Shown here: positions 35,986 through 46,393 of the stretch, one piece after another | Position numbering within the stretch: position 1 is the first letter of the stretch | Layout of the letters: the number at the start of each line of letters is the position of its first letter | Virus record (IMG/VR): IMGVR_UViG_3300002835_000169 | Location: 1,061 to 65,060 of that record | Reading direction: 5' to 3' (one strand) | DNA length: 64,000 nucleotides | DNA from: a virus | Taxonomy: Duplodnaviria; Caudoviricetes | Program-made: the position numbers and the translations under genes | Notes under the pieces: model-generated | What the model was told of the DNA's origin: nothing | What the model saw: the letters and a program-made list of their open reading frames with translations, nothing else | Database searches by the model: none

Positions 35986-36669
35986 CTATCGGATATCGCC
36001 AAGGACAAACCAGCTATTGGTTCCTACTTTAATGCATGTTGCAGAAGCATACTGAACACGAGTAAATGGTGCAGCAGGCGCTGTTCCAGCTGAAACTACT
36101 GTTGTTGTGCCAGGTGTTGCTGCAGAGATAGTTGTTGTTCCTGCCCCAAATTGAGCAACGTGAATTTTAGTCCCAACTGGGAATGGGACGGTTGCGTCTG
36201 TTGGGATTGAAAACACGTTTGCTGTAGCAACAGTCATAGTCACAAGTTTGTCTGCATCTGCAAGAACAGCTGTGTAAGAAGCAGTTCTATTATTTATGCT
36301 CATATAAATCTTTGGGTCGTTTAATACTGGAGAAGCACCAAAAGAGACTAAGGAAGAACTAGTGATTGTACTTTTTAAAGTTGTTCCTGCCAATGTTTCT
36401 GCGGTTATAGCTGCTACTTGGGCACGGGTATTTGCAATGCCAATTTCAATATTGTTAAGGCGGTCTTTAACGGTTGACCAAACTGTTGTTGTAGTGTCAA
36501 AGCCAGATGTTCCCCAACCAGAACTTGTTAACGGAAAAGTGCCTAGCGTTGTTTCAATAGCTGTTACTTCACCTTGTAAGTCGTTAATATGGGAGGCAAT
36601 AACTGTGTCTGTGAAGTCAACTTTAGAGCTAAAGTCATTCTTAATATTTCCTGGATAATAGACTGCCAT
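35986..36669 (-). CDS. tail/fibre-associated structural protein
   Basis: HINDLQGEV..IE coiled coil; C-terminal SYTAVLAD...WFVLGD domain. Confidence 0.7.
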   Translation of the reverse strand: MAVYYPGNIKNDFSSKVDFTDTVIASHINDLQGEVTAIETTLGTFPLTSSGWGTSGFDTTTTVWSTVKDRLNNIEIGIANTRAQVAAITAETLAGTTLKSTITSSSLVSFGASPVLNDPKIYMSINNRTASYTAVLADADKLVTMTVATANVFSIPTDATVPFPVGTKIHVAQFGAGTTTISAATPGTTTVVSAGTAPAAPFTRVQYASATCIKVGTNSWFVLGDIR

Positions 36670-36725
36670 TTGTTACCTTTCCATCGTAATGTTGTATTTT
36701 CTCTGGTTTACAGGTTAATTACTGG

Positions 36726-37205
36726 TTAAACTGAGTGTTCATGACCAATGTCTGCTTTATTAGGCATTTGTCCTTCTAGAGCTAGAATTCGTTGTTCATG
36801 GTTTAGAAGAGTTTTCGCCATTGCTAGCAAAGTTTTTGTAAGCTCTATTACTTGAGTTCCGTCTGGCTCAGACTCCACTATTAAATAAGGTGTTAATCCA
36901 GAAAGGGATACAGTATTTAGTAAAGGCTTTACTAAGTATGGTTTGCTTGCTTCTTGATGCTTTCCAAAAGACCCAATCCAAACAGGGTACTCGGAATCCC
37001 CAGAAACGTAAGAAACCCAAACACCTTGACCTATTTTAGGAGGAGACGTGTGTACACCGTGTGGCTCAACAGGCCAAATCCAGTCAGTAACTTCAGACCC
37101 AGTAGCTTGAGGCACTAAGACTTGAAGTCGTCGTTGATTTAGAGGGTCTCTATTGTTTTGTACAACTCCCCTAAAAAATCCAGTAAGACTGTTTTTGTCA
37201 GCCAT
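36726..37205 (-). CDS. baseplate central spike (Gp5/gpV OB-fold)
   Basis: FRGVV.NNRDP...RLQVLVP...PKIGQGVWV...PVWIG; terminal HEH. Confidence 0.85.
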   Translation of the reverse strand: MADKNSLTGFFRGVVQNNRDPLNQRRLQVLVPQATGSEVTDWIWPVEPHGVHTSPPKIGQGVWVSYVSGDSEYPVWIGSFGKHQEASKPYLVKPLLNTVSLSGLTPYLIVESEPDGTQVIELTKTLLAMAKTLLNHEQRILALEGQMPNKADIGHEHSV

Positions 37206-39216
37206 TGTATGCCGCAATGTTCATATTACTTTCTTTAAATCTAAAGATTTCATTTGCAAAACCAGTTAGAGGAGCAAGTCCAGTAACAATGCCTGTTCCA
37301 GAAGCAGTTCCAGTAGTAGCGTTGGCAACAACGATTCGGTAATCATCTACAGCTACGATGGAAGCGTTAGAAACATTAAACCCAGCTGCAGACAACCCTG
37401 AAATACTTACAGTTCCGCCTGCTTTCATTGCATGGCGCTGGGTTACAGTGTAGGTAACGTATCCTGAAGCAACAGTGTCTAAGTTGTATCCGACCTTAAC
37501 GTTAGTTGCATTTCCAGTAATAGTTGACCCATTTTTGTATAGAGAAATTAATTTTGCTGTTTTAACTCCCTCTGTTTGATTTAAAATGTACTCAATGTCT
37601 TGAGGATAAATGGTGTCTTGAAAGTTCATTCCCGTGTAGCCATAAACAATCAGAAGTGCTTTTTTTATATTTATGTCTGCCTCTGCTTGTGTGTACTGAG
37701 GTACCTTTACATATTGAACTGTGATAACTAAGTCAGAGTAGGTAGGGGGCTGAATTGTTACTGAGCTTCCAATTAAAAGTTTATCTGACAAATACTCCGT
37801 AGCAGCAGTTGCCAACTCTGTGTATTCAGTAGAGACTGCTCCAGTTTCTGTAAGACCTGGTTGTATGTCAGTGTCGTTTAAGTTTCTGCTTGGAGCAATG
37901 TATACAGTGACTGATGTCCATGTTGACCCGTAAGCTTTTGCTTTCCCAATACCTGTTACAGTTACTGCTAAATCTTCATAATCTTGCAGGGTAATAGCAC
38001 GGTTAGAAGAGCGCAAAGAAAGAGGAGCAGAAGCTCTGATTTCGTCATTGCTTTCTGGGTCTGAACCACCTGTTGCTGCAGTTCCATTTATAACCGTTAT
38101 AGCAGAAGCCAAAGCGCTTGTTTGAGATGAAGTTAAAGAGGGTATGTATACAATTGTGTCAATTGTGTTAGCAGAAACGTTACCGATATTTCCTCCACCA
38201 ACAACATACATTGCACGAATTACAGAGCTGTTTACTGGAATTGCGCCTGAAACTCCGTCTCCAAAGAAAATAGAGACAACGTTATTTTCATCGGATTTGA
38301 CTGTGTACACCAAATCGTTTGGGCCATAATCTAATAAGTGTTGTACTTGAGTCCACTTAGCATAAATGGTTCCGTATTGAACGTAGACAGAGATAGACCC
38401 TTCTACCACAGGTGTGTTTGGTAACTCAAAAGTCATGTTAGGTGTTTGGTCAGAGACCCCAATTTGCTGTCCGTAAGTAAAGTCTGCAGCTGAATCAATG
38501 ACGTTTATGTAACGTCCTTCTTCGGCGTATACGACGTCTGTATCAGAAGAAAACACTACAGAGTCGCTAGTAGTAGTAAAGTACACTGGAGTAACCACGT
38601 CTGCTGTAACAACATCGGTACTTACAACTGTTCCTGCAGGGATTGTGATTGCTGGGTATGTCATGGTTGAAGCACCTGTACCAGAAGCAGTTCCACTAAC
38701 TCCCGATACAGCCACGGTAAACTGGGTTGATGAAGCAGAGGTAATCGTTGCGGCTGTTACGTTAAACGAAGTTGTGCTAAACCCAGTTACCGTAACAAGT
38801 CCGTTTACAACAAAAGGATTGCTTCCTATATAGGTTATGGTAGTGCCATTTCCAGTTGCTGTTAAGGTACCTGACACAGCAGAAGTGTTGTTATTAAAAA
38901 AAGTCAATTCAACCGTAGCACTACGATGGCCAGCTGGAATATACCCGTAAGTTTGAGCAATATTTAGCAAGCTGTTACGTTGAGTAGCTGTTGCAAGAGA
39001 GAACTCATTAGCTGTTCTATCAATGTAGTAAGAGATTAAGTCTCCCATATATGCAAACGCTTCTACCAGAGCTACACCAAAATCTGCTGGGTCTGAAGCT
39101 GTCCACTCTGGTATACGTTCTTGAATTCTAGCAATAAGTTGCTCACGAATTGAGTAGTAATCTCTTCCCGTATAGTCAACGGAAATTGGGATAGTAGATA
39201 CTTGTGTGATACTCAT
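37198..39216 (-). CDS. baseplate J-like wedge protein
   Basis: DYTGRDY, DFGVALVE, FGDGVSG, GGSDPES, RAITLQDYE. Confidence 0.9.
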   Translation of the reverse strand: MSITQVSTIPISVDYTGRDYYSIREQLIARIQERIPEWTASDPADFGVALVEAFAYMGDLISYYIDRTANEFSLATATQRNSLLNIAQTYGYIPAGHRSATVELTFFNNNTSAVSGTLTATGNGTTITYIGSNPFVVNGLVTVTGFSTTSFNVTAATITSASSTQFTVAVSGVSGTASGTGASTMTYPAITIPAGTVVSTDVVTADVVTPVYFTTTSDSVVFSSDTDVVYAEEGRYINVIDSAADFTYGQQIGVSDQTPNMTFELPNTPVVEGSISVYVQYGTIYAKWTQVQHLLDYGPNDLVYTVKSDENNVVSIFFGDGVSGAIPVNSSVIRAMYVVGGGNIGNVSANTIDTIVYIPSLTSSQTSALASAITVINGTAATGGSDPESNDEIRASAPLSLRSSNRAITLQDYEDLAVTVTGIGKAKAYGSTWTSVTVYIAPSRNLNDTDIQPGLTETGAVSTEYTELATAATEYLSDKLLIGSSVTIQPPTYSDLVITVQYVKVPQYTQAEADINIKKALLIVYGYTGMNFQDTIYPQDIEYILNQTEGVKTAKLISLYKNGSTITGNATNVKVGYNLDTVASGYVTYTVTQRHAMKAGGTVSISGLSAAGFNVSNASIVAVDDYRIVVANATTGTASGTGIVTGLAPLTGFANEIFRFKESNMNIAAYNG

Positions 39217-39617
39217 AGTTTCTCCTCATACGGTGGAAAGATTCCTTTAATGTCAATAAATCCTATTGAAGTTTTTTGAACTTCCTCGTTAGGTAAGCTG
39301 TATGTAACAGTTACATTGAAAGTACCTGGCGCAGTTCCTGGTTCAGACTCTACGTCTATTAATGTTAGTAAGTTTAATCGTTTTGCAAATGCACTGGTGA
39401 CTTCATCTTGTACTTCCAGTGCAGCATTTTCTTCACCATCAAAAAGTGCAAAAGGAATTAAAGTACCAAATGTAGGTCTCATAACTCTTTCACGAACTGA
39501 AGTGCCAATTACAGAACGAACTTTATCAGCCCAAATTTTAGTTTGCTGGGTTGTAGTTCCTACCATTCCAAATGTGTCAATTGAAAAAGGAAGGGATATT
39601 GTTTTTTCATAAGCCAT
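39213..39617 (-). CDS. gp25-like baseplate protein
   Basis: ERVMRPTFG. Confidence 0.85.
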   Translation of the reverse strand: MAYEKTISLPFSIDTFGMVGTTTQQTKIWADKVRSVIGTSVRERVMRPTFGTLIPFALFDGEENAALEVQDEVTSAFAKRLNLLTLIDVESEPGTAPGTFNVTVTYSLPNEEVQKTSIGFIDIKGIFPPYEEKL

Positions 39618-40855
39618 TATACTGTTACCCACCTTCTTGGAACAACATTATATCCAGTCACAGCTTGATTAGTCATAGGTGCTGAGTTACTTAGTTTATA
39701 CCTGGTAGGTCTATTTGCACCTGTTGTAAGGGCGTCATTTAGGTCTACTGTAGGAGCACCTGGAATAATAGAGCTAGTGTTATCTCCAGTACCGTCAGTT
39801 ACACACTCAAATTCTATGGTGTATTTACCATCTGTAACTATAGTGTGTACCGCTTTTGATGTTACCCAAAAACCATTGCTTCCTGTTGCACTGCCCTCTA
39901 TTTGAATGGTTCTCCAAGGAGCAATTCTAGGGTCTCCTTGACCAAAACCATACCCAGGGATAGATAACTTAGCAAGTTTTGCTTTTGCGTCAGATAGACT
40001 TTGTGCACTTAATTTGTCTATTACTACAATGGTTGTATCAACGTCACTGAATAGAGGGTCTCTATTCTTTACTCTCATGTTTTTTCCAACAGAGGTTGGT
40101 GAAGAGGTAGCTCTGTACACTTTCCCTGTTAATGGGTCAACTCCTCCTACAATTTTTGTAGATTTTGAATTACCACAAAAGTTCCCAAAATCACCTTGTG
40201 TGCTTTCAAAGTGGTCTAGTGTCTGTGACATAGGTTGAGATGTAGAGGGGATATCTCGTTCTAAAAATGCCATTACAGGTATTGTAGTTAACGACCTTTG
40301 TAGCATTACATCTACAGGATGAAAATGAAGCTCTACTCCTACAACTTGACATGCGTAACCAATTGAGCGAGCTAATTCTTGCACTTTTTGCCATTGAGAC
40401 TGTCCAGAAAAGGATATTTGAGGAAAACGAATATCTGATTTTGTAACTACTGGTTTTAAGTTGTTGAACGTAGCGATGTCTGTTACTACTTCACTTGCAG
40501 TTGCGTTTTTCCAAATTTTTTGACGGGTTTCCTTTAAGGGATAAGAAGCTGCTAAACAAGTAATCTTTAACGGTTTTTCAATGCTAGTAGAGGTTGGGTA
40601 CTCTAAATCAGATACATACCCAATAAAAGTACCTGAAGTAAGGTCATTAGACCAAGTAACAGTTACAGCTACACCTGTAGATAAAGCTTTTACGTAGTAA
40701 ACATTGAGAGAGGTGTAATGCATCTCTAATACATCGTGACTACCTATTTTTTGAGTTAAGGTGAGTGAGTATGGAAGCTGAGTAAACCCAGGAAAATCTG
40801 GGAATGAAACAGTGAACGAGCTTCCATATCTATTTTGACGCTGTGGGTCACGCAT
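39617..40855 (-). CDS. baseplate hub protein (gpD/gp27-like)
   Basis: Synteny; GDPRI...GFWV..AVH. Confidence 0.7.
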   Translation of the reverse strand: MRDPQRQNRYGSSFTVSFPDFPGFTQLPYSLTLTQKIGSHDVLEMHYTSLNVYYVKALSTGVAVTVTWSNDLTSGTFIGYVSDLEYPTSTSIEKPLKITCLAASYPLKETRQKIWKNATASEVVTDIATFNNLKPVVTKSDIRFPQISFSGQSQWQKVQELARSIGYACQVVGVELHFHPVDVMLQRSLTTIPVMAFLERDIPSTSQPMSQTLDHFESTQGDFGNFCGNSKSTKIVGGVDPLTGKVYRATSSPTSVGKNMRVKNRDPLFSDVDTTIVVIDKLSAQSLSDAKAKLAKLSIPGYGFGQGDPRIAPWRTIQIEGSATGSNGFWVTSKAVHTIVTDGKYTIEFECVTDGTGDNTSSIIPGAPTVDLNDALTTGANRPTRYKLSNSAPMTNQAVTGYNVVPRRWVTV

Positions 40856-41123
40856 TAGGTATCCGCAATAAAGTTCCAGGAGCAATTTCATTCGGGTTAA
40901 TAATCTCAGGATTTATATCTAAAATCTCATACCACAAACCAGGATTATTTAAAAACTTTTGAGCTAATGTGTCTAGACGGTCTTTTTCTACATACTCGTA
41001 CATAAAAAAATTTCGTCTGTAACTTGGGAAGTTTCTAAAGCAAGTTAAGTTGTATTGGGATTTTCTAGAGTCCCAAGCTTTAAACACTGTAGAGTCAGCG
41101 TATCTACTGTCTAAATATATCAT
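40848..41123 (-). CDS. LysM/tail-X-like baseplate protein
   Basis: DRLDTLA..FL..P.LW..I.DINP...GTLLRIP. Confidence 0.85.
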   Translation of the reverse strand: MIYLDSRYADSTVFKAWDSRKSQYNLTCFRNFPSYRRNFFMYEYVEKDRLDTLAQKFLNNPGLWYEILDINPEIINPNEIAPGTLLRIPNA

Positions 41124-42496
41124 GATGTGGCGGTACTCCCTGGACTCTCTGGGTTATAAACTGACCTGTCAAACTCACCGTTTTGGTCAAGACCAGTTGC
41201 TGTGTCGTAGTATCTTGTACATACAATGTTTACGGTAGTAAGTATAGGAACCATTCGCTCATTAAACATCATGTGTTTTAAGTCTAAGCTACTTACACGT
41301 ACCAAGTATCTTAATCCAGCACCTAAATGCAATTCCATAGGAATTGGTTGTAACCAACCTTTATCAGCAGTAATACCGTTCAATCCAGATTGATAATCTG
41401 CATAAAAGCCATTCATTGCTCTGAATAAGTATTCTATGTCATACATTGTGCCTTTTTTGTAAATCATTTTAGTTTCAGTTATGTCTGGGTCTGTAGGCCA
41501 CCCACCATCCAGTAGTTGTGCGTAAGAGCCGTCTGGGTAAATTATTCCCATGTCTTCAATTCGGTTTAGTATTAGGGTAAAAGCAATCGTTCCTTTCATA
41601 AGGCCCGCTGCAACTCCCGTCATACCATTAGCACCACTTGCTGCGTATTGAGGAGAAAAGGCGTCCACAATACCCCAAGCCATTGACACGTCAGTTGGGT
41701 TGTACAAGAACCTGAAACCATATGGAGTGTCGTTAAACTTTATGCCTGCTTTTTTAGCTGCATCTTTTTCAGCTTGAGTAGTGATTGCATTTTCTGCAAA
41801 CATTTTGCTCATTTGAATGGTGCCTCTAGAAGGGACAATTCCTTGCCATTCCTGTGCGCCACCGACGTAGTCTTTAGTTGTTAATCCTTTAAATGCTTGT
41901 CTTCCATTTGTGTAAGTTGGGCCGCCAAGTGAGCTGGGGTCTAAAACCGACCTGGATTGCACACCAAAAGGATTGTGCATAGCACTTTTCATCATAGGTA
42001 TATTGTATTTATACTTTACTCCGTCATAGCTTGAGGGTGGAGCAGGAACAGGGGGTTTTTCATCCTTTGGCTTTACTGGAAAAATGTATTTAGGTTTAAA
42101 GACATAACCCGCTTTTCTAGAAGCTAAAAGTTCTTTAATTCTAGCATTGATGTCATCTAATTCTTTTTTCTTTTTTTTAGCTAACTCTTCGTATGAGTTT
42201 GAGTTTTTTTGTAGTGCAAGAATATTTTTAGCTACTTGAACGCTGTAAGGAGGTGTATTGGCTGCATAAATAGCTTCTAAAGCTTTTTTAATAGCAGCTT
42301 TACCGTCTGCATAAGATTTTAGTAGGAGATTAGCTCTGTCTCTCTTTTTTTGTAGCTCTTTAACCTCTTTTGTAATTAATGCTTGTCTTTTTTTCTCTGC
42401 AGCAGCTGCTTCTGCTTTTTTTATGGCATCTTTAGCGCGTGCTGCAGCAGCAGCATCTCGTTGAGCGTCAGTAGGTGTTGGAGATGTGTATGCCAT
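41120..42496 (-). CDS. tail tube initiator-like protein with N-terminal coiled coil
   Basis: FRFLYNPT, FNERMVP; follows the tape measure. Confidence 0.65.
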   Translation of the reverse strand: MAYTSPTPTDAQRDAAAAARAKDAIKKAEAAAAEKKRQALITKEVKELQKKRDRANLLLKSYADGKAAIKKALEAIYAANTPPYSVQVAKNILALQKNSNSYEELAKKKKKELDDINARIKELLASRKAGYVFKPKYIFPVKPKDEKPPVPAPPSSYDGVKYKYNIPMMKSAMHNPFGVQSRSVLDPSSLGGPTYTNGRQAFKGLTTKDYVGGAQEWQGIVPSRGTIQMSKMFAENAITTQAEKDAAKKAGIKFNDTPYGFRFLYNPTDVSMAWGIVDAFSPQYAASGANGMTGVAAGLMKGTIAFTLILNRIEDMGIIYPDGSYAQLLDGGWPTDPDITETKMIYKKGTMYDIEYLFRAMNGFYADYQSGLNGITADKGWLQPIPMELHLGAGLRYLVRVSSLDLKHMMFNERMVPILTTVNIVCTRYYDTATGLDQNGEFDRSVYNPESPGSTATS

Positions 42497-45402
42497 TAGT
42501 TGCTTCCTATCTTCTCAAGTTTATTGTCTTTTTCAAGATACTTTTTCAAAGTTTTTGCAAAAGCTTCTGCTTCATGCTGATTAGCCTGCTGTATCTGTAA
42601 GGTAACGTAGATGTTATTTGTGTCACCCTGTGAAGTTCCTTTACCTCTTGCGGTGGGAAGGGACATCTCATACGGCTTTGCATTAATAACATTTGTGTTA
42701 AACCCATCTGTTGGACCACCTTGCATTGCGCCAATTCCAAGGCTTGCTCGTGTAGAAGCAGCTTTATCACTTTGGTCTTTTGGTCGCTCAAAATCTGTCA
42801 TAAAGACTCTTGCAGCATCCATAATTGAGACATTAGGGTCTTTTAACTTTTTCATCATTGAACCGTACGTTTTCATTTCTTTTAACAAAAACATTTTTTG
42901 AAGTTCAATATCTAGGTAACTCATGCCTTTAGAGACAGCAAATTTCTTTAGCGCATCTCCACGGCCCTTATGCCATTGAGCAATTCCAAAAGAAGTTCCG
43001 CCATCTCCAACCGCTCCAGTACGCAGACCAGATTCTTGGATTAAGTTACCGACCACGCCAGTGGCTCCATTGTGGCTTAGGCCTTGAGCCATAAGCCAAG
43101 CGTGTATCTCTTTAGCATTTGCTCTAACACCTTCCCCAACAGCAGCAGCCGTAGGTGATGCAGACGCAGTAGGAGACCCACCCGCTGCGCTAGAAGCTGT
43201 GTTTTTCTTTCCATCGCCGCCTGGAGTAGCTGGGTAGTAACCGTTAGGGTCAGTAGGTACTTTTCCTTTGCGTAATTCAAAGTGTAAGTGAGGACCGCGA
43301 ACGTTGCCTGTGGAACCAGATTTACCAATTAAATCTCCAACTTTAATTTCTTGACCAGAACGAACTGACTTTAAGTTTAAGTGACCGTAAATAGATGAGT
43401 ATCCATCTCCATGGTCTACTTCTACTGCAATACCTAAATCTCTACTTAAGTTTCTAGTTACTACTTTTCCAGGAAAACGAGCATAGACAGGCGTACCAGT
43501 TGGCATAGGGGTGTCTTGACCTGTGTGATAGTTCAGAGCTCCAACCATGGTTAATGACGAGTCTTTTGCGCCAAACCCAGCTCCCATTTGTTTAGAGAGA
43601 GAAGTTGAACCCATTGAAGCAGCTAAAGCACCATAAGCCATAGGTTGAGAGCCAGAATTAAATGTAAATGCGTTTACTTGGGAACCCGCTGAAGAAGAGA
43701 ACCCAGTTGTTGGTCCACCCATTATAAATCCTGCACCTGCAGCTAACGCTGTAATCGCTGCAGAACTGACATTGCCAATACCAGGTATAGCATTTATCAG
43801 CGCTGTTGCACCGAACGCAGTTGCTCCCCATTTGGCTGCATTTCCAGCACGACTTCTTAAGCTACCTTTTTCTGAATCTCCTTTTATTTTGTCACCAGCA
43901 TAGCCTCCCGCCATCGCAACAACTCCTGCAACAGTTGCACCTTTAGCAACTTTAGCTAACGTAGCTAATCTAGCTGCTCTAGCTGTTGCTGCTGCAGTTG
44001 CAGCAGATGCAGCAGTAGCTGCTGTAGTAGCAGTAGCAGCAGTTCCTGTAGCGGCAGCTGCTGTAGTGGCTGCTGTAGTAGCGGTAGCAGCAGTAGCCGC
44101 TGAAGTAGTTGCGGCTGCACCACCAGCTTTTGCAGCAGTAAGGGCAGCCTTAGCTGCAGATGCTGCCTTCCATGCTCCAAGTCCTGTGAGTACGCTTGTA
44201 ACCGTACCCGTTAAGCCACTGCCTGATTTTGTTCCATTGAAGGTTTGCAGTGCGCCCTTCATTTGCAAGATTAATTCAGGTGTCTGTTCTAAAGCTTTAT
44301 TTAGTTTCTCTAAAGCCCCTGCTGCAGTTTCCGCTCCTTTTAACAGGCCTTTTTCGGAATCTTGAGTAAGACTTTCTTCTGAGTCATTAATCCTGTAGAA
44401 AGGATTAAGAGGATTATCAGATGTTTTCATATCTTTTAATTCGCCACTTTTTCCTGAAGCGATTTGTCCCATTGAAGCTTTTATTAAAGTTGCTGTTTCA
44501 CCTGTAATACCCATAGTAGATAGTTGGTAATCAAGGTTCATACCCATAGAGTCTCTTGCAAATTGTTCTGCACCAATTTTAGTTACATCTTTTCCAGCAT
44601 AAAAGACGTTTTTCATAAGGTCTTTTGCTATAGCGCCAGGTGTGCGCAAGTTACCTTTTGTGTCGTACTGGTTAATACCGTACTGGTAGAGCTGAGCTCC
44701 CATACTTCCTGTAGACAACGCTCCAATTGCAGATGAAGCAGCTGCGTTGTCCATATTCAATGCTTTTGCTGCTGCGCTGGTTTGTTCCAAGCCCATCTTC
44801 ATGTTTGAACTACCAGGCATAAAGCTGTAGTTAGTAAATGTACCAAAAGCTTCGGCAGTACCCATAGGGCCTGTGATGCCGCCCTTCATGGCTGCCATTG
44901 TGCTTAATTGGTTTTGAGTTCTATTACTTCCACCAAACATAGCTGAAGAACCGTAAAAAGAACCAGCTCGTTGTGCTACTGCTCCAACGTCTGGAAGCAT
45001 ACTTGAGAACCCACCAACAATAGCCGTTGCTATCTGAGCTCCTGCAGCCATCTTACCGAATGAGGCTTGTCGTATACCGACGTCTAGGTACGCACTGTTT
45101 ATTCTTTCGGAAGTGCTTTCGTAGTTTGCTTGCTGCGCATTTGACGCAGGCTTAGCTGCTGCCATCGGTGTTTGGTTTGAAAACTTTGGCGCACCATTTA
45201 TAGCTGTTTTTCCAAATACAGGCGTTCCTTGCCCATTACCAAACTGACCGCTTTTGGAAAGAACCGCATTGACGTCCCCAAATGCTGATGGTCCAAGTCC
45301 TTTAATCTTTTTTAAGACGTCATAGACACCAGAGAGCTCTTTTTTAAGGGAGGTGACAGAGGAGGTAAGCGTTTTCACATTACCCATAAAGTTAAATGCC
45401 AC
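42496..45402 (-). CDS. tape measure protein with M23 peptidase and tail lysozyme domains
   Basis: HTGQD...YGHL...GPHLHFE (M23); GNLIQESG...GIAQW...FERP (lysozyme). Confidence 0.9.
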   Translation of the reverse strand: MAFNFMGNVKTLTSSVTSLKKELSGVYDVLKKIKGLGPSAFGDVNAVLSKSGQFGNGQGTPVFGKTAINGAPKFSNQTPMAAAKPASNAQQANYESTSERINSAYLDVGIRQASFGKMAAGAQIATAIVGGFSSMLPDVGAVAQRAGSFYGSSAMFGGSNRTQNQLSTMAAMKGGITGPMGTAEAFGTFTNYSFMPGSSNMKMGLEQTSAAAKALNMDNAAASSAIGALSTGSMGAQLYQYGINQYDTKGNLRTPGAIAKDLMKNVFYAGKDVTKIGAEQFARDSMGMNLDYQLSTMGITGETATLIKASMGQIASGKSGELKDMKTSDNPLNPFYRINDSEESLTQDSEKGLLKGAETAAGALEKLNKALEQTPELILQMKGALQTFNGTKSGSGLTGTVTSVLTGLGAWKAASAAKAALTAAKAGGAAATTSAATAATATTAATTAAAATGTAATATTAATAASAATAAATARAARLATLAKVAKGATVAGVVAMAGGYAGDKIKGDSEKGSLRSRAGNAAKWGATAFGATALINAIPGIGNVSSAAITALAAGAGFIMGGPTTGFSSSAGSQVNAFTFNSGSQPMAYGALAASMGSTSLSKQMGAGFGAKDSSLTMVGALNYHTGQDTPMPTGTPVYARFPGKVVTRNLSRDLGIAVEVDHGDGYSSIYGHLNLKSVRSGQEIKVGDLIGKSGSTGNVRGPHLHFELRKGKVPTDPNGYYPATPGGDGKKNTASSAAGGSPTASASPTAAAVGEGVRANAKEIHAWLMAQGLSHNGATGVVGNLIQESGLRTGAVGDGGTSFGIAQWHKGRGDALKKFAVSKGMSYLDIELQKMFLLKEMKTYGSMMKKLKDPNVSIMDAARVFMTDFERPKDQSDKAASTRASLGIGAMQGGPTDGFNTNVINAKPYEMSLPTARGKGTSQGDTNNIYVTLQIQQANQHEAEAFAKTLKKYLEKDNKLEKIGSN

Positions 45403-45562
45403 TACTTGTCCTTTCTGCCTTTGCCTTGGCTAGTTCTAGCCAATTTTTTCTCTCTCTTACTGACATATCTTTTATATCAGATAGTGTCCATCCTTCATGA
45501 TTTGCACTTATTGCTGCCCACTGTGAGAACAGTTCTAAGTACGAGGTATAACTACAAGCGAA
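45392..45562 (-). CDS. start-less ORF, probable frameshift extension of the tail assembly chaperone
   Basis: YLELFSQW...GWTLSDIKDMSVRERKNWLE in +1 frame. Confidence 0.6.
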   Translation of the reverse strand, partial: FACSYTSYLELFSQWAAISANHEGWTLSDIKDMSVRERKNWLELAKAKAERTSSGI

Positions 45563-46367
45563 ACAAGGTTCCCAAATTAATGGATACCGTTACCTCGCCT
45601 TCACACTCAGGGCACGTAACTTGTAGGTCAGTAAACTGAGGTCCAGGTACTCGCTTATTAATCTCTTTAACGATGTTCTTTCTGTCTACCATTCCAAGGT
45701 TTTGCACTTGTAATGGGCTATAGACAGGGTTGTCGTTAATCTTTAGTACGCAGTGTTCAAGCAAAACGGTTGTTTGTTCTGCCTCTGTTTTTTCAGCGTT
45801 TTTAATTAAAGCCTTTTGTGTAGCACCATCAGGTAGAGAGATTGTAAAAACATCTTTCTTTCCTTTTACAGTAAAAACACGGTCATTAATTGGGTCTGTT
45901 AAAATTTTAACTTTTACATCTTCGTTCAAATCTACAGTAACAATCTTGTAGTCTTCGCACTTATCGCAGTAAGAAGGTATTTCAATATCTACTCCAAAAG
46001 TTGCTTTGATAATTCCAAGTAGAAGAGCATCTAAGTCTCCTGCTAGCAATTGGTCTAAAACAGCTTCTTCGGCTTTGATACTTCCAACAGAAACCGTTCC
46101 ACGTTGAATTATTGCTGATAGAGCTTTTCCTACAGTTGTTGCTTTAGCAATTGCCTCTTCATCGCGTCCGTTTAGCTCTCGCACCTCTGCGGTACGGAGG
46201 AGCTCCCCAGCGGATGTTATGTATCCGCCAGGAAGTTCCACCGTAGTATCCACAGGAGATTTAATTTGCGGATTGAAACTGTCTTCAATCTGCTCATTCA
46301 TGACTTGGTTTATGAGATTGTTAGCCATTGCGGGATTAGCCGCTGCATTGATTGTTTTCGTTGTCAT
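45552..46367 (-). CDS. tail/baseplate-hub assembly chaperone (T4 gp26-like)
   Basis: LPGG, RELNGRDE, CDKC...CPEC; lies between tube and tape measure. Confidence 0.8.
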   Translation of the reverse strand: MTTKTINAAANPAMANNLINQVMNEQIEDSFNPQIKSPVDTTVELPGGYITSAGELLRTAEVRELNGRDEEAIAKATTVGKALSAIIQRGTVSVGSIKAEEAVLDQLLAGDLDALLLGIIKATFGVDIEIPSYCDKCEDYKIVTVDLNEDVKVKILTDPINDRVFTVKGKKDVFTISLPDGATQKALIKNAEKTEAEQTTVLLEHCVLKINDNPVYSPLQVQNLGMVDRKNIVKEINKRVPGPQFTDLQVTCPECEGEVTVSINLGTLFRL

Positions 46368-46393
46368 TTTATTCCTTTGTTAGATTGTTGTAA

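Noticed and set aside
43960-44170. GCA/GTA-rich quasi-repeat
   Set aside because: Ala/Thr low-complexity segment of the tape measure with varied codons.
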